64,000 bases of DNA, taken from contig NC_058368.1 of NCBI RefSeq assembly GCF_018350175.1, positions 175,152,001 to 175,216,000 on the forward strand. Direction: 5' to 3'. Shown here piece by piece: positions 12,526 through 24,782 of the stretch (its first letter is position 1; each line of letters opens with the position of its first letter). This stretch comes from Felis catus (taxonomy: Eukaryota). Made by a program: the position numbers and the translations under genes. The notes under the pieces were generated by a model that made no database searches, was not told the origin of the DNA, and was given only the letters and a program-made list of their open reading frames with translations.

Positions 12526-14652
12526 GAAGAAAAAAAAAAAAAAAAAAAGAGTGGCCTGAGCAGAGTGTGAAGACCAGACAGAACAAGGTATTCCTGGGGA
12601 CCAGAAAGGAACACCTTTGGCCAATGGCACATTTTATGTAGAAGGTAAGGCCAATAGTTGCATGTGGGAGGTAAAGACGGGAGATGATTATTCTATGGGG
12701 GAACTTGAATTTCAAGTTTAACATCTACTATTTCAGACCCAAAAGGAAGCCACTCAAGCTCTGAGCTAGAACTTCATTTGTTTCTACGAAGGAAGCGAAA
12801 GGGAGAGAAATCAAAATGTTTTCCCTACCCCATCCCCATAACCCCACATGTTTTAAAATCTCTAGGTTCCCTGTAGATAAAAGAGCTCTGAATTTGGAGT
12901 TAAGTGACTCTGCCCCCAGATCTCACAGACTTGCTGTGCCTTTGTACAGGTCACTTAATTTCTCTGGGTTTCAATTTCTTTACTGCTGTATTAATTAGTT
13001 TGTTTTGGCTCTAAGGTGGAAATTAAAAGGGTTATTTTGGAAGGTTGACAGGGGCCAATGGACGCGAGGGGTAGCTGGCTAACAGGCCTAGAGCACAGAA
13101 AGGATCCGGGACTTTTAGTTCAAGAGACTGGAAAGCAGACCATCAGGGGAGACCTAGTAATAGAACAATCTGTCTAGGAGGGGCTTGGGTGGGAGAAGAG
13201 CCCCATTCTTCTCCACCTCCTTCATTTCTGGGTTTAAGATTCAACTTCCAGGCAGGGAGGATCCACTGGGCTGGTGTGGGGCTTGTCCTGGCCCCTTGGC
13301 TAAGGCAGAATGGAAAGCTTAAGCACCCCCATCAAGCTATATCTGACAAAGAAGATGTAATTCCTCCAAAGGATTTCAAAGTGAAGGGAAAATAGATAGC
13401 AGTATTACAACAAATAAGCATCCCAACAGTAGCAATGGACAGGGGGTCGGCATCGTCACTTTCAAAGTCCTTTCCGCACCCGACAACTCGTGATCCTATC
13501 ATTCTAGGGGGGAAAAGTAGACATCTTTCTACCCTTCCCCCGAAAAAGCCAACATTGGAGTGGATAGTCTCCAGTTTTGTAGACTTTGCTGAGTTCAGTG
13601 TCCTCCCTCTGTTAAGAAGTAGGCTGTCAAATCCCGTCCTGTATTGAAAGGTAGAAATACCATCAATTCTATTTATCTCAGCCCGACACACTAGAAGCAT
13701 CAGGTATCAGATACTGTATTAAGAATTGTCATACATGTTTTCTCACTGAGTCTCTTCAAATGGCCTTTCCCAATAGGAGCTACACCCATCGTATAGATGA
13801 GGAACCCGACCGAGGCTTGACGTTCAAAAAAAACGTCACCCAAGGTCACCGAATGAGTAGGTGCTGGACCCTCATTTTGACCTGAGGCCTGTCTGTCTCC
13901 CAGGGAGGACTTCTGTTGAAGCCGTGAGCTTTCCGTGGCTTCTCAGGGGGTCAGAAATGTTCAGCTGGTCTACCTGGCCTGTTCGATCTGATCTCTGCCT
14001 CATGTTACAATACAAGGGCCTTTACTCTCTTCTCTAAAACCACACCAGCCTTCTTTGAGTTGACCATGTCTTGCTGCCTCCCGCTACTTTCTCCTACACC
14101 ATTTTCTCTGCTGGGATTGTGGTTCTCTGGTTCCTTGTCTGGTCTGCCTCTAGCCTCCTTCAGATCTTAGCCAGTGCTTCCCTTCCCCGACTCCCCAACT
14201 AGACGGATCATCCAATGATGAGTTCCTATCACCTTCTTTGCAGTGGATGGCGATGACCTTATCGATACCTTTCTCCACTAATCTGCAAGCTCCAGGGGGG
14301 TAGGTGCCACGTTAGGTTTGCTCTGAAGCGTGTTCCTCCTGCTTACCAAGGACCCAGAACATAGTAGACATTCAAGAAACATACGTGGAGTTTATGAACT
14401 ATGCCACATCATTCAGTCTACTTTGCAAAGTGGGCTGAGCTCTCCATGAAAGGGAAGGGCAACAAGAAGCAAGTTCTCCACCAAACCCTGCCTCAACATT
14501 CGGCCCAACATGCGTCAGGACTCTGTCTGTAGAGTAAGCAAAGAATCCTTTTTCCCTTTAATTCTGGCTGAATAGCTGCTTCTACTCCAAGAGAGTAAAG
14601 GTGTCTTTCGCCCAGATTCCTGACGGAGTTAAAAAGTAGGCACATGATGATT

Positions 14653-14861
14653 GGGGCGCCTGGGTGGCGCAGTCGGTTAAGCGTCCGACTTCAGCCAGGT
14701 CACGATCTCGCGGTCCGGGAGTTCGAGCCCCGCGTCGGGCTCTGGGCTGATGGCTCGGAGCCTGGAGCCTGTTTCCGATTCTGTGTCTCCCTCTCTCTCT
14801 GCCCCTCCCCCGTTCATGCTCTGTCTCTCTCTGTCCCAAAAATAAAAAAAAAAAAAAAACG
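14653..14861 (+). mobile_element. Young felid CAN-SINE
   Basis: TSD atgatgatt at 14644-14652 and 14862-14870. Confidence 0.97.
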
Positions 14862-15059
14862 ATGATGATTATGAATTCCCTTTGTTCTGCTGTCTCTTCC
14901 TCTCCTCAGTCCCCAAAACATCTTCAAAATCTAGAAGCTGTTCAAGAAGAACAAATAAAAGGAGTAACTGCATAATCTTAGCTTCCAGACCCCCTCTGGC
15001 TCAGCCCTGAGGTCCTGCTGACCACCTATTTGCAAGTCCTTTGAAAGCTAAAGCCCCAA

Positions 15060-15800
15060 GGAAAAGTCATTAGATCAGATGGGGCATTTTGAACAGGGAC
15101 AGTTGGCCGTCCATTGTTTGTGACACAGCTTGGGGAATATTCTGGCATCCTTTGGGATCTGTATGTCCCTAAGTCATTTGTTTCCCAAATTTGATTAAAA
15201 TAGTCAGTGAAAACAAAGCAGCTACTGTTTGCACACTCAGCGCCTATGATTTGCCAAAACTTCCTCTATATTTAATAACCTCGCAGAAGGGTAGACAATG
15301 GAATCAGAGCATTGTGGAAACAAACTGAGCTTTTATGACACCATGCCGAACCCCCAGATCAGACCAATAGGCGAGGGTGTGGCACAGACACAAGCTTCCT
15401 GAGAGAAACGACTTCAAAGAAAACCACCCATGTCTTTGTAAAACTGAAACCCCATTGAGTTTGCCCTGTAGCCTGCAGCTTCTTCCATAGATCTGAACCA
15501 TTTTGGTGGACGGTGGAGTCTATTTCGGCCAATTAGCTAAATGTCAGTTACTTCTTAATTGCAATTCCTAATTTTTTAAAAAACAAGTGTCGTGGAGGCA
15601 AATAGGCAACAAAATTCATTTGCATCGAATCTGCGCAGACTGCTAACCTTGGGTAGAAGCACCAACTCCCGTGGCCAGATCCCTGGAGAAATCAGCACAG
15701 TTTTTCCTGCAGAGGTGGGGCTGTTGCAGTCACCTGGAGAGTCCACCAGGGTTGTTGTTGTTTTTTTTCTTCAAATTGTGGTGTAACCGGCACAAATCCT
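15060..15800. promoter_or_regulatory. Candidate enhancer / conserved non-coding element
   Basis: Repeat-free; SOX-type sites (15112, 15212, 15295, 15310), forkhead-like TGTTTGC at 15226, TTTTATGA at 15331, octamer ATTTGCAT at 15618. Confidence 0.45.
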
Positions 15801-18069
15801 TTCTTTTCAGAAAGACCTGGTGTTGCCTTCAAGTCCCAGAATGGCTTTTAAAAGCTAGAAGGAAACGCTGAGATCACCCTTTCCAAAACATCTCCCTCCC
15901 CGCCTCACACATTTCGTAGATCAGAAGCGGGGATCCCCAGGAGCTGGGTGAGGTGATATAGACGCAGCCACGTAGATGCAGAGCTGTGGCTAGAATGACG
16001 TCCTAGGTCCCGCTCTGCCTCGACCGCTCCATGTGATCTTGGTACATTTCACCTCCTTTTTTGAGACCGTCTCCTTAGTAGTAAAATGAATGTAAACCCA
16101 TCTCCACTGTAAGGATGAAAGCAGGTAACTATGCAGGTGTGCTTCCAGACCACACGTTCAAAAAAATATTGATTCCAGAGCCCACGCCTAGGGAAGGGAG
16201 AGGAGCCCTTGGCCGTCTGCAAAATATCCTCATCATCCATCAAGAGTCACGGCATGTATTTTTGCAGCAGGATTCCTTTTTGTTAGTAACAGCACGTACA
16301 TTTGTTGAAAGCTCACAATGTGCCAGGTCATGTGTGAGGCATTAGGTCCCAGTGCCCACCCACGTCCTTGTTTCCCCCTTCTCTCAGTGTCCCCAGCAGA
16401 ACCCCATCTTGGAGCCACTCCTCTGGTCGGCTGTGGTCACTGGACTGTGGTAGGATGCCCCTTCCCCCCCTCTTTCCAGACCTGGCCCTTCTTCCTGTGA
16501 TCCTTGTTCTCCTTCCCCAGCTAACAGCTCAAGGGAGAGAAACCTCAGAATCAAGATGGAAGGAGACTGGGTTCCCAAGAGGCACAGTGGAGGAAGTGTG
16601 CTACGAGTGGCTGAGCTCAGGGATTGAAGGGTTACAGTAACTGGTGATACTTACCCCCCCCCCCCCAAAGCACGGCTGTGTCTGTGAGTGACTCCCAGGT
16701 ACTGCCTCAGGCATCCTCACAAATCTTTCCATCCCGAGTTCAGATGAGAAACGTTGAAGCGCAGAGAGGTTAGGCGACCTGCCCAGGTTCTCACCGCTGG
16801 GGTAGAGCGGAGCTTGAGCTCAAACTGGCCCTAGGGCACGGTCTTCACGGCATTCTAGAGACTTTGGCAACAAGGAGCTATAGACACCATCTATTTCGTT
16901 TGGAGTACTCAGCCTTCTTCCCTTCTCCCTCCTTCCCCCTTCCGTACGGATTCCTTTCACATTTACCTAAAGTCCGCTCCGTGCAAGGAAGTGGACCATG
17001 CAATTGGGTGCATCAGACATGGTCCCTGCCTCAAAATACCCATTGCCTCGTGGCGAAAGAGACGGCAGAATGGATAATTGTCACGTTGGGTAGCCAGGGC
17101 TTTGACGGGATAAGCAGAGCGTTGTGGGGACACAGATGGGGGACATGGTGACCCAGGTCTGGTTGTTTCAGAGAGATGGCTCCTGGGGAAGCCTAGCATA
17201 TACAGGCCTGGAGCGTCCTGGAGCCAGGATCAGGGGATGGGTGTTGATGCAGGGCCAGCAGTGTCCCCAAGATCCCAGCTCCCCCTGTCATCTGATCCAG
17301 GCAACGAGGCTGCTTCCCGTCCTCTTATCATGAACAGGGACACCAAGCAGTTTATCTCTTCTCTTCAAGAGCCTTCCAAAAACAGCCCGACGGGATGTAA
17401 CAACTTCAGGGAGCGGCGCCTCCTCAAGCTTCAGACAACCTCTCCAAGGCAGCTCTTCTCCCTTTCCAGAATGGGGCCAGGAAGCTGGCAGTGTTCGGGT
17501 AAGTGTTATCAGGGAGCATTTAAAAATAAAAAAGGCTTCTCCCAAACCAGGGAGGTATCTCCAAAATCCAAGAGCTCAGCCCTCAGAATCCAAGCCACCT
17601 CGAGTAGCTCTTAATTCAAGCTTAGAAGCAGAAGGACAAGGTCAAGTGTTTAGAGGTTGACCTGTGAGTCCACAAAATGAATAGGAGTTATGTGATCACT
17701 GTCGGGGGCGGGGGGGGGGGGAGGGGTGTCACTCAAGGACAGCATTAGGAGTCCAGTGGCTTCAAGGAGCACCCTGACCAACTCAGAAGTGACTTTGTTT
17801 TCCGTAGTCATTGGAATCCAGGATCTGGAAGACAGGTCAGCAAGCAATTGCATTTTATTGGAGGTGCATTCACGTTGCTAAGGGCTTGCCCATCCCGGAA
17901 CCTTCTGTGGAGAGCCACACCGCCATGTTCTTTCTGCCTGAAATTGGTGGGGTTTCTCTTTTGTGCAATGGGGTCGGGCCTGGACGTCCCCGATTAATTT
18001 GGGGTTAATGGGTATTGAGTAGAGGTGGGAAACAGAAGCCCCGGGGTGAGGCCATCAGAGTTAACCTCC

Positions 18070-18255
18070 CAGCCCAGACTCCCAGTGTCTTCTTGTGCTG
18101 TGAAATTGGGCAAGTGACCTCATCCCCCTCTACCTCTTTTTCTGCCTCTGTGACGTGGAGAAAAATAAGTTGCCTCATACTAGTATTGTGAAGATGAAGT
18201 GAGATATTGTCTGTGAAATCACCCAGCTGAGTGCCTGCATGCAAATGTTAGTTCT
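18070..18255 (+). mobile_element. MIR
   Basis: gctgtgaaattgggcaagtgacctc...ttgtgaagatgaagtgagata...caaatgttag. Confidence 0.7.
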
Positions 18256-19548
18256 TTTCTCTCATTTGTGGGATGCAAGTGTATGTCATAGGCCTTATGC
18301 TTAATTATGATTATCATTCTTTTCAAAACTATAGTATTTACATGTGCCGGGAACTGCTGCATATTTAGAGTATGCTGTCATTCCACATGGGTCTCCTGTA
18401 CATCTACCGGCAGCCCTGTGACTTTGGCAGGCCAAGGTGTGGTCTTTATTTCATGGACCAAGAGGCCAAGGTTCTCACAGGGCACTTGGCTTGCCTAAGT
18501 CAATGGCTGGATCCATGTGGGCTGTTACAACTGTTGATTTCTTTCCCTTTCCTGTTCGGGATGGGTCCAGCAGAGCTGTGTGGCAGGGGATGCTCCCTTT
18601 TGAGCCAGTGCTGGGTGGTTGGTGAATGAGCTCACACACACCCTCACAGGGCCCTCCCCTCGGGGGTGTCTGTGGGCACCTAGGCCCACCATTCTAGGAC
18701 ACCATAGATCCATCATCCCTTTGCTGTCTTGGGCTCAGTCCCGATTCTCGGCAAAGTTCTCCCGTCTCCCCCATGTGTCTGAAGGAAAAGAATCATCCCA
18801 TCTGTCCCCACAGCCAGCGTGGGCACTGGGCCAGAAATAGAATCAAGTTCTTCCCAGAATGGCCAGCTCAAGTCAACTGTAGTGCCTGGGCAGAGCCATT
18901 AAGACGATGCAGAGTAGGCTCTTTTCCTATTCGTGGTAGACCTCGGGAGGCACAATTGGAAAGTGGGATGAGGTTAGATGCATGAAGGCTAGTATTTTCA
19001 AAATAGTAACACGAAGTCCGGACTGCTCAGAGAAAGAGGCACCGGACTCATGATTTGGTGTTAGGAAAAACTTCCTTTTCCTCCTTATGAGCTGTGAGTC
19101 CATTTTCTCGGAGGATCCGTGTTTGTTCACGCGGCTTGTGTGGGTGCGCGTGGGTGGGTGCATTCGCATGTGTGTACTTAACACACCACAACTAGGTCAC
19201 ATCGATGGTAACGGCTGCCCTCCGAACAATGCGGCAGGTAGAAAAGCAAGCCTGCAACCCATGGGGAGGAAGACCTCCAGGGCTCTGAATGGTGTCTTCG
19301 GGCCAACTTAACCCACGCTTTGAGACCTAGATGACCAGAGCCCTCTCCTCTCCCCCCACCGAAGACCCACATTCACTGCTCCACAAGTAGCCACGGGGAC
19401 AGGAGACTTTCCTAAAGTGATGATACCCAGGAGTACCGACAGATGACCAGCAGGAAAGTGAGAAGCGTCCCACTGCCGATTTGGGGAGACATGAATGGCG
19501 TGCTGGAGAGAAGACAGGAAAAGTATCCTTCCCAAGATAAACTACGGC

Positions 19549-19760
19549 AGTGGTTTTCAAACCGCAGGACAAAACCGATAGGGCCGTGGAATCCGTAGGG
19601 CAACGAGCGATAGAGTTGCTCATGACCAGCTTTCAATGTAAAAATAAATAATAATAAGGATGAAAGAAAGACATAGAATAAACTGGAATGTATTGAATGA
19701 CATTAAGAATAACTTTTGTTCTTAAAACTTTTATGTGATGTAAACTATATCCTGAAAGCC
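19549..19760. mobile_element. hAT-Charlie-type DNA transposon fragment
   Basis: Begins cagtggttttcaaac, a Charlie-like terminal inverted repeat. Confidence 0.5.
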
Positions 19761-20024
19761 CGTAACTAAAATAAGCTATCCCTTGAAAGAGAGTAAGGTA
19801 AATATATTAGCAGTATTGAGCGCAATGAGTCTAGTGCCATTTTTATTTTCGAGAGTTACCGCCTATTTAAGCATTTACATATGTTTTCTTTGACTCGAAA
19901 CAGACCTAACAGGGACAACAGTAATTGTTAACCTGAGTATTCATGATTTTCCACCTTCTCCCACGGCTGTGGTGGGAAAGATCCTTGCTGGTTGACTCGT
20001 CATCAACAAAGGTCGACGATATGT

Positions 20025-20135
20025 GGGACATCAAAATGAAGTGCATTTGTTTCTTTTTCCTTTGTGCAAGGTGACCAGCAGAAAATTTTAAATTACGTAT
20101 GTGTCTGTCATTATATTCCTGTTGGCCTGGACTAC
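20025..20135. mobile_element. MER33-like (hAT-Charlie) end fragment
   Basis: tgtttctttttc...agaaaattttaaattacgtatgtgtctgtcattatattcctgttgg. Confidence 0.6.
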
Positions 20136-20271
20136 TATAGACTATTACATAACCATTACATGAGTAGGGTCCATCTACAGACACTGTCAAGAATGATCGA
20201 GAATATAAACTTACTATCGAGAAAGCCAGTTATACAGCTAAACGCATAACCCATTAAAAAAAAAAAAACTA

Positions 20272-20476
20272 GGGGCGCCTGGGTGGCGCAGTCGGTTAAG
20301 CGGCCGACTTCAGCCAGGTCTGAGTTCGAGCCCCGTGTCAGGCTCTGGGCTGATGGCTCAGAGACTGGAGCCTGTTTCCGATTCTGTGTCTCCCTCTCTC
20401 TCTGCCCCTTCCCCGTTCATGCTCTGTCTCTCTCTGTCCCAAAAATAAATAAACGTTGAAAAAAAAAAAACAAAAC
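20272..20476 (+). mobile_element. Felid CAN-SINE with a 16-bp internal deletion
   Basis: Reads ccaggtc|tgagttcg where sibling copies read ccaggtcacgatctcgcggtccgtgagttcg; TSD aaaaaacta. Confidence 0.93.
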
Positions 20477-22214
20477 AAAAAACTATGTACACATTGCAAA
20501 GAGAAAGATGAGGAAAAGTATCCCAAAGGGTCCCAGGGGTTTGGGACAAGAGTGTGCTCCGAGGTTGCAATTGAGCAGTGGTCAACAGGAAAGTCCGTGC
20601 AAAGTGTGAGCAAAGTCAGGAAATGTCGACGGAATGGGTGAACCACCCTGGGGAGGGGTTGGGCTGGGGGGAGGGGGGAATGCGGGAATTTTATACTTGG
20701 CTATGATTTCTCTTCTGTAGATTTTAAGACAACAAGCAACTTCTTGACTAGAAATTGATGATAGGACAGATGATCATTGCTGATGAGCTGACTCGGGTTG
20801 TGGAAATGGCATCAAGACCGTGTCAACTGTCGGTCCATTTCATCTGGCTCCCAAGCACTGCCTTCTCTAGAACGTTATTCCATGGAGGCAGCTTCGTGCC
20901 CCATTTGATAAATGCGTTGTCGATAGCTCAAGCCAACTGAAATAATAATGAGAGAAACTGCCGCTTCTGCCAAGAATTGAGAACTGGATGACGCTGGCGA
21001 GTGTTTCCTGAAGCCCAAGGCAGGTTTCCTATAATTAGAAGCAATTTGCTAGAAAGTTTACCAGGCTCTTCCAAAGCATACAATATGGCAAATTGTTAAA
21101 GGTTTCTTTATTTTTCCTTTCCTTTTCGTGACACATCACAGATGGAGAGCGTGGAATTCTCCCTTTTCCTGGGCTGGAGCTGTTATTTTAGAGGATCACG
21201 CCTTTGCCGAGTCAGTGGGGTGGGAAGAAGAAAACCGCCTTTTTGTATCGTTGTGGGGAACGGGAGCAAATTCAGAATCTTATTCTAAACATTTTGACGC
21301 TCGAGTCCTTTCCAACTGTCTCCGCTGAGAGACCTCAGCTTTAGCCAAGCAGGATCTAGCAAGTGAAATATATACCAAGACCAAATTCATCAAATTTCCA
21401 TTCGGTATAGAAGAAAATAGGAAACTCAGTTTGCATTTTCACAAAGAGCTATTCCCATTTCTGTATTCCGGAAGCCAGCCACAGAAGCTGGAGGTGCTCG
21501 GATGGGTAGACGAACATCTATGGAGCATCTAGTATATTCCCAGCTCTGTGCCAGGCACCTTGCGCATTCTGTACAGTGCGGCCCTCACTATCACCCCACG
21601 CCCTCACCAGCCCAACGGCCCTATTTTCAATTTACAGACAAAACCGAGACCCAGCAAGGCTAAGACATTTTCCCGGGATCAAAGGCAAAGTTAGGATACA
21701 GCATGAGTTTGTTTGCCTCCGAAATCAGTGCTCGTTCCGCTACGCCCATCTGCCATGCTGTTGGAGCCAGTCTTAAATGGATGGAAGGCTGGCTATCAAT
21801 TCCAAGGCTGACTATGTAGGATTCACAGACCCTCCCACCTTGTGTCCTCTAAGAGAGGGAACTGGAGACTTGTACCTCCCCCTGGTCTAGGAGTTGTAGC
21901 TCTACAGCATTTGGAACATCCACCTTCCTGGGAGCCTTCTCATCCAACTTCCGCTGCCCGCTCTACTCGACGACGTAAGTCCTTGTGCAGCTGAGCGGTC
22001 CTGGAAAGGTCTTGACTCTGGATGCCGCTGTTCTCAGCCCTGTGTTCTAACTGCAAGCATACTGTATTGCAGGACAAAGGGAGTTGGCCCGTGCCATTCT
22101 GATATCCCATTAATCTAGTGGAGACAGTGGAGGTTGGTGCTGGGGAACATGCAGGGCGTATGTAGAGTAAGGCTCAAACGAGAGGTGGGTTCGACCACGA
22201 GACGTTCTGGATGC

Positions 22215-22280
22215 GCCACCCATCCATCCTTCCATTACCCCCATCTGTTCATCCATCCATCCATCTGTCCATCCAGCCAA
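22215..22280 (+). repeat. (CCAT)n imperfect microsatellite
   Basis: Seen directly. Confidence 0.8.
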
Positions 22281-22339
22281 CGATTCAACCAGTGCTGTAT
22301 CTGAGACAGAGCAGATGGTAATTGAGGTAATAGCCCGAA

Positions 22340-22905
22340 CTGGGGTGGGGGAAAGGGGGAGCTACTGATCAAATGATACGAACTTTCTTTTTTTTTTTTT
22401 TAAATTTTTTTTTTAACATTTATTTATTTTTGAGACAGAGAGAGACAGAGCATGAACGGGGGAGGGGCCGAGAGAGAGGGAGACACAGAATCGGAAGCAG
22501 GCTCCAGGCTCTGAGCCATCAGCCCAGAGCCCGACGCGGGGCTCGAACTCACGGTCTGTGAGATCGTGACCTGAGCTGAAGTCGGACGCTCAACCGACTG
22601 AGCCACCCAGGCGCCCCCAAATGATACAAACTTTCAACACAAGGTGAGTACATTCCGGTGATCTGCTGGACAGCATGGCGACGACCGCGGATAATACTGT
22701 ATTTTATACTTAAAACCTGCTGAGAGAGTAGCTCTCGCATGTTCTCGCTGCGCACACGGAAAGCAACAATATGAAGGGATGAAAAGACGAATTCGCCGAA
22801 TTGGAGGGCTTACTTCACAATGTATTCCTATATCAGAACATCACCTTAAATATATGGGACGATTATTTGTCAATCGAACCTCAATAACACCGGGGGAAAA
22901 AAGAA
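22340..22905 (+). mobile_element. L1MA9/10-like 3' end, interrupted by a SINE
   Basis: gatctgctggacagcatgg...ataatactgtattttatact...ttcacaatgtat...tttgtcaatcgaacctcaataa. Confidence 0.8.
22388..22617 (-). mobile_element. Felid CAN-SINE
   Basis: TSD caaatgatac(g/a)aactttc at 22370-22387 and 22618-22635. Confidence 0.96.
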
Positions 22906-23323
22906 GGAAAAAGGGTGGGCTTTGGCGATAGAGAGGTGTGAAGTCAAATGCCGGCTGTGCCTTTTCCAGCTGGGTGAGCCCTGAGCATCTTTTTCTCCTT
23001 GTTTCCTTGTCTTCCCCATGAGGGAAGCAAGAGTCATGTCCTCAGCGGCGAGGAATGAGGGAGATATCCAAACCAGACAGCGCGTATGTAGGGTTACCCA
23101 CAGGAGGGCTTGGGATGCTTTTGTTGAATGGATAAAGGAGGAGTCTGCAGGAAGGTGGGGGGCGGGGTGCTGTGTTACCCGAAGGTGATGAATTCTAGTT
23201 GATTCTGTAACCAAAGTTCACCTTTTTGTCTTTCGTGATTAGGTAACGAGTAGATAACCCACAGGATAGGCTTTGCCTTTTGGAAAGCGAGGGGAATGCA
23301 GGTGATGGCGCTCCAGGGTCTTG

Positions 23324-23552
23324 TTTTATTAATTTTTTAATGTTTATTTATTTTTTGAAAGAGAGAGAGAGACAGAGAGACAGAGCATGAATGGGGGAGG
23401 GGCAGAGAGAGAGGGAGACCCAGAATCCGAAGCGGGCTCCAGGCTCCGAGCTGTCAGCACAGAGCCCGATGCGGGGCTCCAACTCGTGAACCGAGAGATC
23501 ATGACCCGAGCCTTAGTCGGATGCTTAATCGACGGACCCACCCAGGCGTGCC
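23324..23552 (-). mobile_element. CAN-SINE
   Basis: Full body with T-tail and (GA)n tract. Confidence 0.93.
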
Positions 23553-23824
23553 TTTAGTGCCTTATTTTAAACCTCTTTACCAAGCTGGGCACATTTTCGG
23601 TCTGATTTGCCTTTGAAACTCGGCAAGTTCACTTGGCCCAGGAGGTTAAGTGCTACTGGGGCCCTGGCTGAAACACTGTCCCCGGAAGGGAACTGATCAC
23701 ACAGACCTTCCAACTACCTTTTCTTCAGCACCAGCGGTCAGCCCGGTGGGGGGCATGGGGGCGGCTGCAGTGGGCATCAAGCAGGAAGGAAGCTTCTGGT
23801 GAAGCACGGATGAGTCACACGTGC

Positions 23825-24480
23825 ACCTACAGGGCTGTCTTTGTCACGGTGAGAAACCGGAGGCAACCAAAATGTACCCAAATAGGAGAGTGCTGAAACC
23901 TTTGTGCTCTAGTCTTCTTATGGAAATGCCACGCAGCTGTTAGAATGAATGAGGTTCGGGGCGCCTGGGTGGCTCAGTCGGTTAAGCGTCTGACTTTAGC
24001 TCAGGTCATGATATCGCGGTCCATAAGTTCGAGCCCCGTTTCGGGCTCAGAGCCTGGAGTCTGCTTCGGATTCTGTGTCTCCCTCTCTCTCTGCCCCTCC
24101 CCCGTTCATGCTCTGTCTCTCTCTGTCTCAAAAATAAAATAAACGTTAAAAAAAAAAAAAAAGAATCAATGAGGTTCCCCTCCCTACTTGTTCTAAGAAC
24201 GAGATTTGTCCCAGATGTATCAGTAAGGAGAAAAATCATATCTCATCATAACAAACATAACAAAAATATTGAGAAACGGATGGCACGTGTGAGGTGATGC
24301 CGTGAAGGCCAAAAAAAAAAAAATCTGTACCCCCGAATTCTACATTTACATATATTATACATGATTATAAGTGCGCAGCAAACAAATCTGTAGCAATAGA
24401 CGAAATTGTTTATTTCTGCTCCTGTGAGGAACAGAGTTGAGTGGGAGGGATGGGAAGGAAGAGAGGCTCATTCTTTTATC
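23825..24480 (+). mobile_element. Decayed L1ME-type 3' fragment interrupted by a SINE
   Basis: gaaaccggaggcaaccaaaatgtaccca...atggaaatgccacgcagctgttagaatgaatgagg. Confidence 0.55.
23958..24161 (+). mobile_element. CAN-SINE with a 14-bp internal deletion
   Basis: TSD agaat(g/c)aatgaggttc at 23942-23957 and 24162-24177; reads cgggctc|agagcctgg. Confidence 0.94.
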
Positions 24481-24514
24481 ATTTACATGTATGTATATAT
24501 ATATATATATATAT

Positions 24515-24782
24515 ATTTTTTTTAAACAGCTTTATTGAGATGCAATTTACATACCATACAAATTTTCCATTTAAAGTACACCGTCCAATGTTTTTAGTGT
24601 ATTTAGAGTTGTGCAACCGTTCCCATAACCTAATTTTAGAACATTTTCATGGTTCCAGCACGAATCTCATACCTACCCATTAGCAGTCATACCCTCTCTC
24701 CCCTCTCCCCTCGCCCGAGGCAATCACTAATCTACTTTCTGTGTTTATCAATTTTCCTTGCTAGACATTTCGTATAAATGCA
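24515..24782 (-). mobile_element. L1MB 3' terminus, preceded by (TA)n
   Basis: cagctttattgagatgcaatttacataccata...aggcaatcactaatctactttctg. Confidence 0.85.

Noticed and set aside
14582..14865. Recurrent peptides such as RETEHERGRGRERGRHRIGNRLQA and GACFRFCVSLSL (many loci)
   Set aside because: Reading frames through CAN-SINE copies, not a gene family.
16653..16666. Scattered G/C homopolymers (also about 17711, 41367, 52258, 53996)
   Set aside because: Simple slippage runs whose lengths are error-prone; no independent evidence of function.
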